This document shows positions 48,708 through 57,450 of a DNA stretch of 64,000 bases, in pieces. The notes beneath the pieces are model-generated. The model did no database searches. It saw only the letters and a list, made by a program, of their open reading frames with translations, and had not been told where the DNA came from. The position numbers were made by a program, and so were the translations under genes. The DNA is from Bdellovibrionales bacterium (lineage in GTDB: Bacteria; Bdellovibrionota; Bdellovibrionia; Bdellovibrionales; JAUICD01). Each line of letters starts with the position of its first letter. Position 1 is the first letter of the stretch. The stretch spans positions 235,088-299,087 of the forward strand of contig CBDANC010000014.1 in assembly GCA_965197425.1 (NCBI GenBank). The letters are read 5' to 3'.

Positions 48708-50245
48708 AAGCTTTCCTCAAATTCTTTACTTATAGTAATAACAAAATATTTAATTGCCTCAGTTCCACCTATAGCAACTATCTTAATGTTATATTCTATA
48801 GAACTAAATTCTAACTTATTATTAAATATCTGTTCAGGAGATTCTTCAGATTGACTTATTAAATCCTTAACATTCAACAAAAGCGACTGATCATTAATCT
48901 CATCAATACTTTGATTTACCAAAATGCCATCATTTGCACCTATCAGATTTTCACAAGTTTGATTTATAGCAACAATAACACGGCTGTTGTCTATAATCAT
49001 CGTTGGCGTTTCTGTGGAGTTAACCAAATTATTTGCCTCATCTACTGGTAATAAACTAAATGATTGACCTACATCTTTATCTTCTTCGCTAATTCTAGAA
49101 AGGGAAGAATTAATGTTGGTGATCAATTTTTGTAGAATTGGAAAGTTGAAGTTATGCGAAACTTGTTTTTCACCATCTTTAAGAGCGCGATCTAACTGTT
49201 GATTTATATCAACAATTGGCTTTTCTACAAGGCTCATCAACATGACAAATAATACAAAACCAAGAACTATTGCAAAAGCTAGTACTTGAACTACAAGCCT
49301 TATTACATCATCCATTTGAAAAACCTTTCTTCCCATATCATAGATAATAATTGCAAAAGAGCTGACAGACAGAGTTCCTGTATTAGGGTTCAGCTGTTGT
49401 ACTGGTATACTCACGCCTATTGTGGAGCTGTTTAGCACTTCTAATGTTGAGCTATTATTCCTTCTTGCTTTGTGAACAAAAGGAAGATCAGGATCAGTTC
49501 CACTGAGTTTACTTGGTGCTATTACATGACCATCAGTTGCGCTAATAATAAGAGCTTCTTTTACACCTTCAGATCTTGTTTCTTCTATGGAAAAAGAATT
49601 TTGTAGCCCCTTGGAACTAGCATTTTTAAACCTATTTGCTAATCGCTGTCCAATGTCATTAGCTCTAAGCAAACTTTCTTGTTGAATACGTTCTTTGGAT
49701 ATGTTGATCATTGGTATTGCAGACAAAACTGTTACCATAACAACATAACAAGCTATAAAACATCCAATCACCCACTTAAATTCTCCCCACTCAGCAATTT
49801 TGTAAATTCCCTGCATAAAAATGTTTTCTAAAGATGCCTTTAAACCGGTTGGCTTTAGTGTTGAGGATTCCTTTGATTCAAAATTTTCATCATTTGAAAA
49901 TTCTTCAGAGTAAGATTGATTTGGCATTTCATTTGATATTTGACTATCTTGTCTAATTGGGGTTCTGGCAAATTCTAAAACGGTTTGATGAACTGATATC
50001 TTATCCCCAGCTTTTATATTGGATCGTTTTATTAAAACTCCATTTACGAAAGTACCATTTCTAGAGCCTAGATCTGCTATGAAAGCTGTATCAGATTTTA
50101 CAACTACCTGGAAATGTTTCCTGGACATCGATTTTGATTGAATTTGTATATCACTATCCTGCCCACGGCCCACTGTATTTGCTCCTTCTTTTAAAGCAAA
50201 ACGCTCTCCTAAGTTTGGACCACTTATAATTTTAATTTCCCACAT
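48704..50245 (-). CDS. FHA-domain sensor-like protein (FHA, TM, extracytoplasmic domain, TM, HAMP, PAS-like; no catalytic output domain)
   Basis: NTVGRGQDSDIQIQSKSMSRKHFQV...DLGSRNGTFVNGV; two TM segments; HAMP-like EKPIVDINQQL...FNFPILQKLITNINSSLSRI; PAS-like TPTMIIDNSRVIVAINQTCENLIG. The start is either the ATG at 50245 (MWEIKI) or the one at 50260. Confidence 0.8.
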   Translation of the reverse strand: MWEIKIISGPNLGERFALKEGANTVGRGQDSDIQIQSKSMSRKHFQVVVKSDTAFIADLGSRNGTFVNGVLIKRSNIKAGDKISVHQTVLEFARTPIRQDSQISNEMPNQSYSEEFSNDENFESKESSTLKPTGLKASLENIFMQGIYKIAEWGEFKWVIGCFIACYVVMVTVLSAIPMINISKERIQQESLLRANDIGQRLANRFKNASSKGLQNSFSIEETRSEGVKEALIISATDGHVIAPSKLSGTDPDLPFVHKARRNNSSTLEVLNSSTIGVSIPVQQLNPNTGTLSVSSFAIIIYDMGRKVFQMDDVIRLVVQVLAFAIVLGFVLFVMLMSLVEKPIVDINQQLDRALKDGEKQVSHNFNFPILQKLITNINSSLSRISEEDKDVGQSFSLLPVDEANNLVNSTETPTMIIDNSRVIVAINQTCENLIGANDGILVNQSIDEINDQSLLLNVKDLISQSEESPEQIFNNKLEFSSIEYNIKIVAIGGTEAIKYFVITISKEFEESL

Positions 50246-50564
50246 AGAGCTTATCTCCAACAGAAATCTTATCAGACATTCCTACATTCATTTCAAAAAC
50301 GGATGAAGTCCCTATGATTGGCCACACAACACGCCAAGGTTTTAAATTTTTATGAATTTTTTTAACCAAAAGAAAGTCATTTACGAATACTACATCTATG
50401 GGAATTCTCATAAAAAATGTATGGATACTATTGCACTTTTGAATCCATAAAATAAAATCCAGTTTGTTAATTCCTAAAAGCCCTCTAACTCTGGATTTTA
50501 AATTACTAGCTTCAACTAGTTTTTCTGTTATGACTAAATTGGTATTTAAGTTTTTTAAAGTCAT
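50232..50564 (-). CDS. DUF192-family protein
   Basis: RVRGLLG, IHTFFMRIPIDVVFVN, SSVFEMNVG...GDKL. This matches the DUF192 pattern as I recall it. Confidence 0.7.
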   Translation of the reverse strand: MTLKNLNTNLVITEKLVEASNLKSRVRGLLGINKLDFILWIQKCNSIHTFFMRIPIDVVFVNDFLLVKKIHKNLKPWRVVWPIIGTSSVFEMNVGMSDKISVGDKLYVGN

Positions 50565-50567
50565 CTT

Positions 50568-51467
50568 CTATCCGCCACCAGAAATAAATTGCAGAATAAC
50601 AGGGCCAAATACCATAATAAATACAGCTGGTAAGATAAACATCATAAGAGGTAAAAGTATTAGCTGAGATGCTCTAGCACCTGCTTTCTCTGCTCTAAGA
50701 AGTCGCTCAAGTCTCATTTGAATGGATTGTTGCTTTAAAACTTCACCAACACTGGAACCACTTGCTTCTGCATCAACTACAACAACCACAAAACTTGTAA
50801 CCTCTGAAATGTTTAACCTATCTGCCATCGCTCTTAAAGCTTCCGAACGCGAAGAACCTATTTTTATATCTTTTAAAACTACACGCAGTTCATCAGCTAA
50901 AACTGAGTTTTCTGCCTTATCTACAACCCTTTCAATTGCAGTTATAAAATCCATACCTGCTGCTTGAGTTGAAAGTGCCAAGAGATCTATGAAAAAAGGA
51001 AGGTCATTTATTATTTGTTTAGCCTTTTTCTTTTTAGCAGAGTCAACATGTAACTTGGGAAAATAAAATCCAAGAAGCCCTAATCCCATTATCACCACAG
51101 GGCTATATCCAAGCTCTAAAGTAAAGTTAAGAAGCACCAAAAGCATGGGAAACAATAGTCCCCATAGTATTTGCATTCCTATAAATTCATCTTCATTTAA
51201 TTCCCCAGATAGTCCTGCAGACATTATATTTTTTTTAATGCTTTGACGGTATTTTTTAAGCTCTACCTTTTTTACCAACGAAAGACAAAACTTATGAACT
51301 ATTGGACGAGATATTTCTATAAACTTAGACTTGGATTTATCGGGTTCATCTCCACTTGTCCAGGACAGATCATCTACACTACCATCACCTGAAATAAACA
51401 CATTAGATATGAGATAGATGCTAAGGCCTATCATTAACAGACCACCTAGCAGCATTAACTCTCCCAC
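50568..51467 (-). CDS. TadC/TadB-like type II secretion system F-domain platform protein
   Basis: INDLPFFIDLLALSTQAAGMDFITAIERV, ELRVVLKDIKIGSSRSEALRAMADR, RAEKAGARASQLILLPLMMFILPAVFIMVFGPV. Confidence 0.85.
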   Translation of the reverse strand: MGELMLLGGLLMIGLSIYLISNVFISGDGSVDDLSWTSGDEPDKSKSKFIEISRPIVHKFCLSLVKKVELKKYRQSIKKNIMSAGLSGELNEDEFIGMQILWGLLFPMLLVLLNFTLELGYSPVVIMGLGLLGFYFPKLHVDSAKKKKAKQIINDLPFFIDLLALSTQAAGMDFITAIERVVDKAENSVLADELRVVLKDIKIGSSRSEALRAMADRLNISEVTSFVVVVVDAEASGSSVGEVLKQQSIQMRLERLLRAEKAGARASQLILLPLMMFILPAVFIMVFGPVILQFISGGG

Positions 51468-51655
51468 TTTAATCCCCCACCTTAGAAATCAAAAATAACT
51501 TTAAAAATACACACCTATATCGCAATCTGATCGGATTTTTAGACCAAAATCATAAGCAATTTTAGCTCTTAACCTAGACTTTTGTATTAAGGGTAAGCTT
51601 GTAATTTTAGAGTATAATTAAATTGTTAGCTTAAGGGTGTTGTTTTGATAGTTGT

Positions 51656-52315
51656 TTATGATCCCAAATAGGTCAATGTGAATGTATCTACAAAGTGATT
51701 TTTTTGATCTAACACTTGAATGACTATTTCGCTTTCGGGTCTTAAAGACTCCTCAATTCTCATGTTAGTTCCGAAGTAAAAAAAGCTCTCAATGTCAGGG
51801 TTTGCCGAGTATAAAAATCCAATTTTAGAGTTTCTAATTACTTCTACACCGTCGATTGTCATTACATATTCTATATAATAATCATTATAATCTAAAATAT
51901 TATTAGGTCGATTACGACGAGATGTCTGTATTAGAAACTGATCTCCCAATGGTACTGTGGTGATTTTTTCACACACTTCTTCTTCAGTTAAGTGAGAGTA
52001 ACCTCTGTACTGAGGAACCAAATAGCTCATTATTGTAGGAGAACGATCCTTTATAAATGAAATCATAAGGTTTAGAGATTCACAGCTTTGTTGAGAGCTA
52101 CTATCACCAGGAAGTTCTGAGTTAATTATATCTACCCATTCAGACACTATTTCTGGAGTAAAGTACTTAATCCTTGTTTTTCCATCCACACCGGTAGCCT
52201 CTTTGTGGCTCAACAAGAAAGTTTATCCTACATCGTTGTAGGGAATGTAAAAGAAGTCTCTATAGTCACAACCTACTAAGATAAATAGACATAACAAAAA
52301 AATTATCTTTTTCAT
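51656..52315 (-). pseudogene. lipoprotein gene interrupted by an in-frame TAA at codon 31
   Basis: The ATG at 52315 gives MKKIIFLLCLFILVGCDYRDFFYIPYNDVG, then TAA (52225-52223). The same frame continues as TFLLSHKEATG... (track ORF 51656..52216). Confidence 0.6.
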
Positions 52316-52524
52316 GAAACCCTCAATTATGAAATTCTCTGCTATAGAATATACGGCCTGATTGTAGCATAATTGGCTATTTTAAAAATATATCAATATT
52401 ATAAAACGGCCATTTTTATAATATTTTTATTTGCTTAATGCAGGTTTTTACCTATTCCAGAGAAAGAGGGTTCCCGTCATACTTAGTGATATTCCCAAAG
52501 CCCATATTATGTTAGTTTATTTTC

Positions 52525-53490
52525 GTGTCAAACTATCTATGGCTGATAATGCCACCAGAAATTTCTCATAAACTTGCACCATATGCTCTAAAAATTTTAA
52601 GTTTTTTTAGACAAAATCAGGATTACCACTGGAACGAAACTTCCTTTAAACATCTAAAATTTAAAAATCCCTTAGGGATCGCAGGGGGGGTAGATAAGAA
52701 CGCAAAAAACATAAAACATTGGCCAAAGTTTGGAACCGGATTTTTAGAAATAGGGACTATAACACTTAATCCACAAAAACAAAATCCAGGTAAAGTTTTA
52801 CTTAGAAAAAATAAAAGTCTATGGAATCATCTAGGGTTTCCAAATGATGGAGCAGAAAAAATAATCAAAAGTCTAGAGCATAAACCAGACATCCCTCTGT
52901 TTGTAAACATAGGAAAAAATAGAAATACACCAAACGAAACTGCTAAATCAGAGTACAAAAAACTAGCTTATAAGTTTTTAAATTTTGCAGATGCATTTGT
53001 GATAAATGTATCAAGTCCTAACACAAAAAATTTAAGAAATTTACTAGACCCAAATCATCTAAAACTAATTCTTTTAGAAATAAAAAATGTAATCTCATCT
53101 AAAAACCCCAAACCAATCATACTAGTCAAACTAAGCCCTGATATGGAAGATAAAGAGTTATACTCAATACTAGATATTGATATTACAGATGGATGGATAC
53201 TTACAAACACAACCTTAAGTAACTCACCTCCTTTTCCTGCTGGTTTTGGTGGAGTGTCTGGCCAAATGCTAAAATCCAAATCAATAAACATGCTAAAAAA
53301 AACCGTAACTTACTTGGGAGATAAAAAGAAAGATAAACTAATAATATCATCAGGAGGAGTTATGTCACCTGAGGATGTGCTGGAAAGATGGAAGATAGGA
53401 GCAAATTTAGTACAAGTTTACTCAGGTCTTGTATTTTATGGACTGAACTTTTTCAAAGATACCATGGATATCTACGAAAGCCAAAGCTAG
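52525..53490 (+). CDS. pyrD: dihydroorotate dehydrogenase (quinone), class 2
   Basis: LKFKNPLGIAGGVDKN, FLEIGTIT, NVSSPNT, GGVSG, SSGGV. Confidence 0.9.
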   Translation: MSNYLWLIMPPEISHKLAPYALKILSFFRQNQDYHWNETSFKHLKFKNPLGIAGGVDKNAKNIKHWPKFGTGFLEIGTITLNPQKQNPGKVLLRKNKSLWNHLGFPNDGAEKIIKSLEHKPDIPLFVNIGKNRNTPNETAKSEYKKLAYKFLNFADAFVINVSSPNTKNLRNLLDPNHLKLILLEIKNVISSKNPKPIILVKLSPDMEDKELYSILDIDITDGWILTNTTLSNSPPFPAGFGGVSGQMLKSKSINMLKKTVTYLGDKKKDKLIISSGGVMSPEDVLERWKIGANLVQVYSGLVFYGLNFFKDTMDIYESQS

Positions 53491-54641
53491 TCCTCTTTGC
53501 TTAAAAGCTCGATGTAATTTTCATAAATAAAAGTTTTATTTTTATATCTTCCCGTCAGTTCCTTTACTATAGCTAGTTCTTCCAAAGTTCTTAGAGATCG
53601 CAAAATGGTTTGCACCGAACATCTTGTACTCTCTACAATATGCTTTGTATCAGATATAGGGTTCTTTTTTATATAGCTGAATGTGTTTAAAACTCCAACG
53701 GTACCCTTCTTTGCATCCTTAATCTTTTTTTCATCCTGCTCAAAGAGTGTTACAACACTTTGAGCCGTATGAGATGCTTGTTTGGAAGTTTCATAAATTC
53801 CAGTTAGAAAAAATTTAATCCATTCTTCCCAATCTCCTGTCATACGTACTTCATTAAGTAAATAATAATATCTATCTCTGTTAATCTTAAAAAATAAGCT
53901 CAAGTAAAGTATAGGATCCTTTAAAAACCCTGCCACACAGAGCATGAAAATAATAAGCAACCTTCCCAATCTTCCGTTTCCATCTAAAAATGGATGTATA
54001 AACTCAAATTGTACATGAGCTATTGCCACCTTTACCAAAACTGGAAGCGGTGTAGTATTGTCATTCAAAAATTTTTCAAATTCCCCAAAACACTCAGCTA
54101 TATTCTCCGGAGGTGGAGGAACAAATTTTGCATTTCCTGGTCTTAGTCCTCCTATCCAATTTTGTGAAGTTCTAAATTCTCCAGGTATTTTTTTTTCTCC
54201 ACGCCCACCTGAAAGGAGTATTTTGTGAATTTCACAAAGTAATCTTCTGGATAGTGGTAGTTCATTTATTTTCTCCAAGCCGTATTCAAGCGCAGATACA
54301 TAATTGGAAACTTCTATGTTATCGTCAGTCATATTTTTTTTACCCAAATTTTTTTCAAACATAAGTAATTCAGATAAAGTAGATTGGGTACCTTCAATTT
54401 GTGAAGATAGTACTGCCTCTCTTTTAGAAAACATGGTTATAAAAAGCGAAGTGTCAGGAAGGTTTGTCCTTATGGCATTTAACTCACCTATGGAAACACT
54501 TGCCTTATCCAACAGATCATAAAATCCCCACACCTCGATCGGAGGAGTTGGAGGTAACGGGTTTGGAACAAAACATCTATAATTTTCCTCACCTGTTAGC
54601 CTTTTAATATAGCTACCAGTTGTTCGCCTAATTCTGCTCAT
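53487..54641 (-). CDS. Fic-family protein (AMPylase-type, with N-terminal inhibitory helix and C-terminal winged-HTH-like region)
   Basis: Fic motif HPFLDGNGRLGRLL; inhibitory motif SSQIEG ([ST]xxxE[GN]); C-terminus RSLRTLEELAIVKELTGRYKNKTFIY. Confidence 0.88.
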   Translation of the reverse strand: MSRIRRTTGSYIKRLTGEENYRCFVPNPLPPTPPIEVWGFYDLLDKASVSIGELNAIRTNLPDTSLFITMFSKREAVLSSQIEGTQSTLSELLMFEKNLGKKNMTDDNIEVSNYVSALEYGLEKINELPLSRRLLCEIHKILLSGGRGEKKIPGEFRTSQNWIGGLRPGNAKFVPPPPENIAECFGEFEKFLNDNTTPLPVLVKVAIAHVQFEFIHPFLDGNGRLGRLLIIFMLCVAGFLKDPILYLSLFFKINRDRYYYLLNEVRMTGDWEEWIKFFLTGIYETSKQASHTAQSVVTLFEQDEKKIKDAKKGTVGVLNTFSYIKKNPISDTKHIVESTRCSVQTILRSLRTLEELAIVKELTGRYKNKTFIYENYIELLSKED

Positions 54642-54648
54642 AATTTCT

Positions 54649-54823
54649 ATAATTCCAAAATTTCAATTTTTTGGAAGTTTAAACAAAGTAACTCACATTT
54701 TTGGAAGTTGCAAGACTTATAATTCCAAAATTTCAATTTTTTGGAAGTTTAAACAAAGTAACTCACATTTTTGGAAGTTGCAAGACTTATAATTCCAAAA
54801 TTTCAATTTTTTGGAAGTTTAAA
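54649..54823. repeat. 70-bp tandem repeat, 2 full copies + 35 bp, immediately upstream of the Fic start
   Basis: Units begin at 54649, 54719 and 54789; the two full copies appear identical by eye. Each unit contains the inverted repeat TTCCAAAA-n8-TTTTGGAA plus a further TTTTGGAAG. Confidence 0.92.
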
Positions 54824-54861
54824 AATTTTGGGATAAACACCTTAAAAATCAATAGGTTAGG

Positions 54862-57369
54862 CTATTTTTTACTTATCAAGCCATAAGGCATGTCGTCTCT
54901 GTTAGTTGGCTTATGTCCCACATATTCCTCTTCTGAGAAGTCGTCTACCTGAATTGCATCTAATCTTGCTTCTATTGCTTTTTGAAGATCATCGTGTTCA
55001 TATTGACTTATTATATCTTTTGACAAAGCTTCTTTCAAAGCAAACTTCACAGACTGTTTATCCAACTTTTTTTCTCTCATTGCTCGTTTAATTTTTTTCT
55101 CAATTTTGTGAGTAGTTAAAACTAAATTGAATGCATTATCTCCTCTTGCCAGTGGTTCTTGCTTATCTGTTGGAATATAAATACCTTTTGTAAGATTATC
55201 TCTGACATTAGATTTTGTATTAAGCACACTTTCTACAACTTCACTAACCAGTTTATCGTCTACCCCACGAGTTAATACATTAAAGTTGTTCCACATACGA
55301 ACAACACATACCACCAATCTAAGAGGATTAAGCCTACCAATATCTAAGTTTTTAAAGATACCATCAAATGCGGTCTGAATATTATAAAAACTTTGTTTTA
55401 AAGAGTAATGTACTAGAGGTAAATCTGGAGTTCTCTTATGTTCTGCTTCATAGCGTCTCAAAACAGCCGTTGCCATATAAAGATTAGATAATACATCTGC
55501 AAACCTACCTGTGAGCATTTCTTTTTTCTTCAATGCTCCTCCATACAAAGCCATCACCACATCTGTCATCAACGCAAAACAGGCTACACTCCATGACAAT
55601 CTTCTGAAGTATTTTGATACACTACTATCCCCTTGATATGAAACAAAAACTCCTCTGGTTAAACTTAAAACAACACATCTAAATACATTGGTGATCACAT
55701 GTTTGATGTGACCAAAAAATGCTCTATCAAATTCTTTAAGGTTATCTTGCATTATAGAATTAACAACTTTGAAGGCAAAAGGGTGAGCTCTCAAAGCTCC
55801 TTGACCAAAAATCATCAAAGTTCTAGTTAAAATATTTGCTCCTTCAACTGTTATCCCTATTGGGGCTGTTAAATAATAATCAACAATTAAATTTCTTTTT
55901 CCCTTAGAAATACCACTACCACCTAGTATATCCATAGAGTGATTGATAACCTGTCTACTAAGTTCTGTTGTGATATATTTTGAAATAGCTGTTATCACAG
56001 GAGGTTTTACACCGCTGTCTAATGCTCCAGTAGTAAAACATCTTACAGCTTCCAACATATAACAACTACCTAAAATTTTTGCCAGTGGCTCTTTAACTCC
56101 ATCAAAAGAACTTATCGAAATTCCAAATTGATTTCTATTAACAGCATGAGCTGTTACATATCTAGATAATAATTTAATAGTTCCCACGCTCTGGGAAGGT
56201 AGCGAGATGCCTCTTCCTGCTGACAAACTTTCCATCAACATGTTCCAACCTATGCCACAACCCTTTTCTTCTCCAATCACATCTTCTATCGAAATAACAA
56301 CATCTTTGCCCTGAGTAGGACAGTTATAAAAAGGTACTCCCAAAGGATCATGCCTTCTTCCAAGAGTAATACCCTCCTTATCAGTGGAAACTAAAGCACA
56401 AGTAATACCAATATCCTCTTTTCCTGTTTCCAATAAGTTATCAGGATCCCTTAACCTAAATGCCACACCCATTACAGTTGATATTGCAGCTAAGGTGATC
56501 CAACGTTTATTCCAATTCAACCTAATTTTTAATTTTCCATTTTCTTTAAATAAAACTCCTTCCGCTTGAATTGAAGCCGCATCACTGCCTGCCTCTGGCT
56601 CTGTCAATGCAAAACAAGGTATATCTTCACCACTAGCGAGTCTGGGCAAATAATAATCTTGTTGTTTCTTAGTACCATAGTGAATTAACAATTCCGCAGG
56701 GCCTAAAGAATTGGGAACCATAACTGTTACTGTTACTGGAGTCGATCTTGAGTTAAGCTTCATAATAACAGCACTATGTGCAAAAGCTGAAAAGCCTAAA
56801 CCACCAAAATCTTTTGGAACAATCATTCCAAAAAACTTTTCTTTCTTCAAAAACTTCCACACATTCTCAGGTATTCTTCTCTTAGAGTAGATATCAAAGT
56901 TGCAAATCATTTTACATAACTCTTCAACTGGGCCATTTAAAAAAGCCTCTTCCTCTTCTGTAAGTTTGGGGTAATTTTCGTTCATCAATTTTCTGCCATT
57001 AACTTTGCCAGAAAAATATTGCTTATCTAACCACAAAGCTCCAGCTTCTAAAGCTTCACTCTCTGTTCTAGAGATACTAGGTACAAGTTTTAGCAATTTC
57101 ATCAACTTCATAACAAGTCTCGAAATCACATTTCTTCTAAAGGGAGTAATAAGAATACTTAAACAAATCAAAGTATAAATAATAAGAGTAATGGGCAATA
57201 CATTAAAACCAAGCATTACAAAAAAGCCAGCTGTAAACCATAAGATAAATGGGGCCTTAAAGTAGCCCATAAAAATTGCTAAAATAAAAAAAGCAGCATA
57301 TAACCAAACACCAAAACCATAGCCAAAAAACCCCCATAACGGGCCAAAAACATTCCAAACAACTTCCAT
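54862..57369 (-). CDS. fadE: large membrane-anchored acyl-CoA dehydrogenase (FadE-like)
   Basis: 835 aa. N-terminal TM helices, ACAD core (CFALTEPEAGSDAAS, GITVEGANILTR), and a long C-terminal domain as in FadE. Confidence 0.82.
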   Translation of the reverse strand: MEVVWNVFGPLWGFFGYGFGVWLYAAFFILAIFMGYFKAPFILWFTAGFFVMLGFNVLPITLIIYTLICLSILITPFRRNVISRLVMKLMKLLKLVPSISRTESEALEAGALWLDKQYFSGKVNGRKLMNENYPKLTEEEEAFLNGPVEELCKMICNFDIYSKRRIPENVWKFLKKEKFFGMIVPKDFGGLGFSAFAHSAVIMKLNSRSTPVTVTVMVPNSLGPAELLIHYGTKKQQDYYLPRLASGEDIPCFALTEPEAGSDAASIQAEGVLFKENGKLKIRLNWNKRWITLAAISTVMGVAFRLRDPDNLLETGKEDIGITCALVSTDKEGITLGRRHDPLGVPFYNCPTQGKDVVISIEDVIGEEKGCGIGWNMLMESLSAGRGISLPSQSVGTIKLLSRYVTAHAVNRNQFGISISSFDGVKEPLAKILGSCYMLEAVRCFTTGALDSGVKPPVITAISKYITTELSRQVINHSMDILGGSGISKGKRNLIVDYYLTAPIGITVEGANILTRTLMIFGQGALRAHPFAFKVVNSIMQDNLKEFDRAFFGHIKHVITNVFRCVVLSLTRGVFVSYQGDSSVSKYFRRLSWSVACFALMTDVVMALYGGALKKKEMLTGRFADVLSNLYMATAVLRRYEAEHKRTPDLPLVHYSLKQSFYNIQTAFDGIFKNLDIGRLNPLRLVVCVVRMWNNFNVLTRGVDDKLVSEVVESVLNTKSNVRDNLTKGIYIPTDKQEPLARGDNAFNLVLTTHKIEKKIKRAMREKKLDKQSVKFALKEALSKDIISQYEHDDLQKAIEARLDAIQVDDFSEEEYVGHKPTNRDDMPYGLISKK

Positions 57370-57450
57370 TTATCCTCCGTTAACACTGACAAATTACTTC
57401 AGTTTATTCATATTTATTCTTATTTCACAACTTATACTGAAGCAAAGCTA

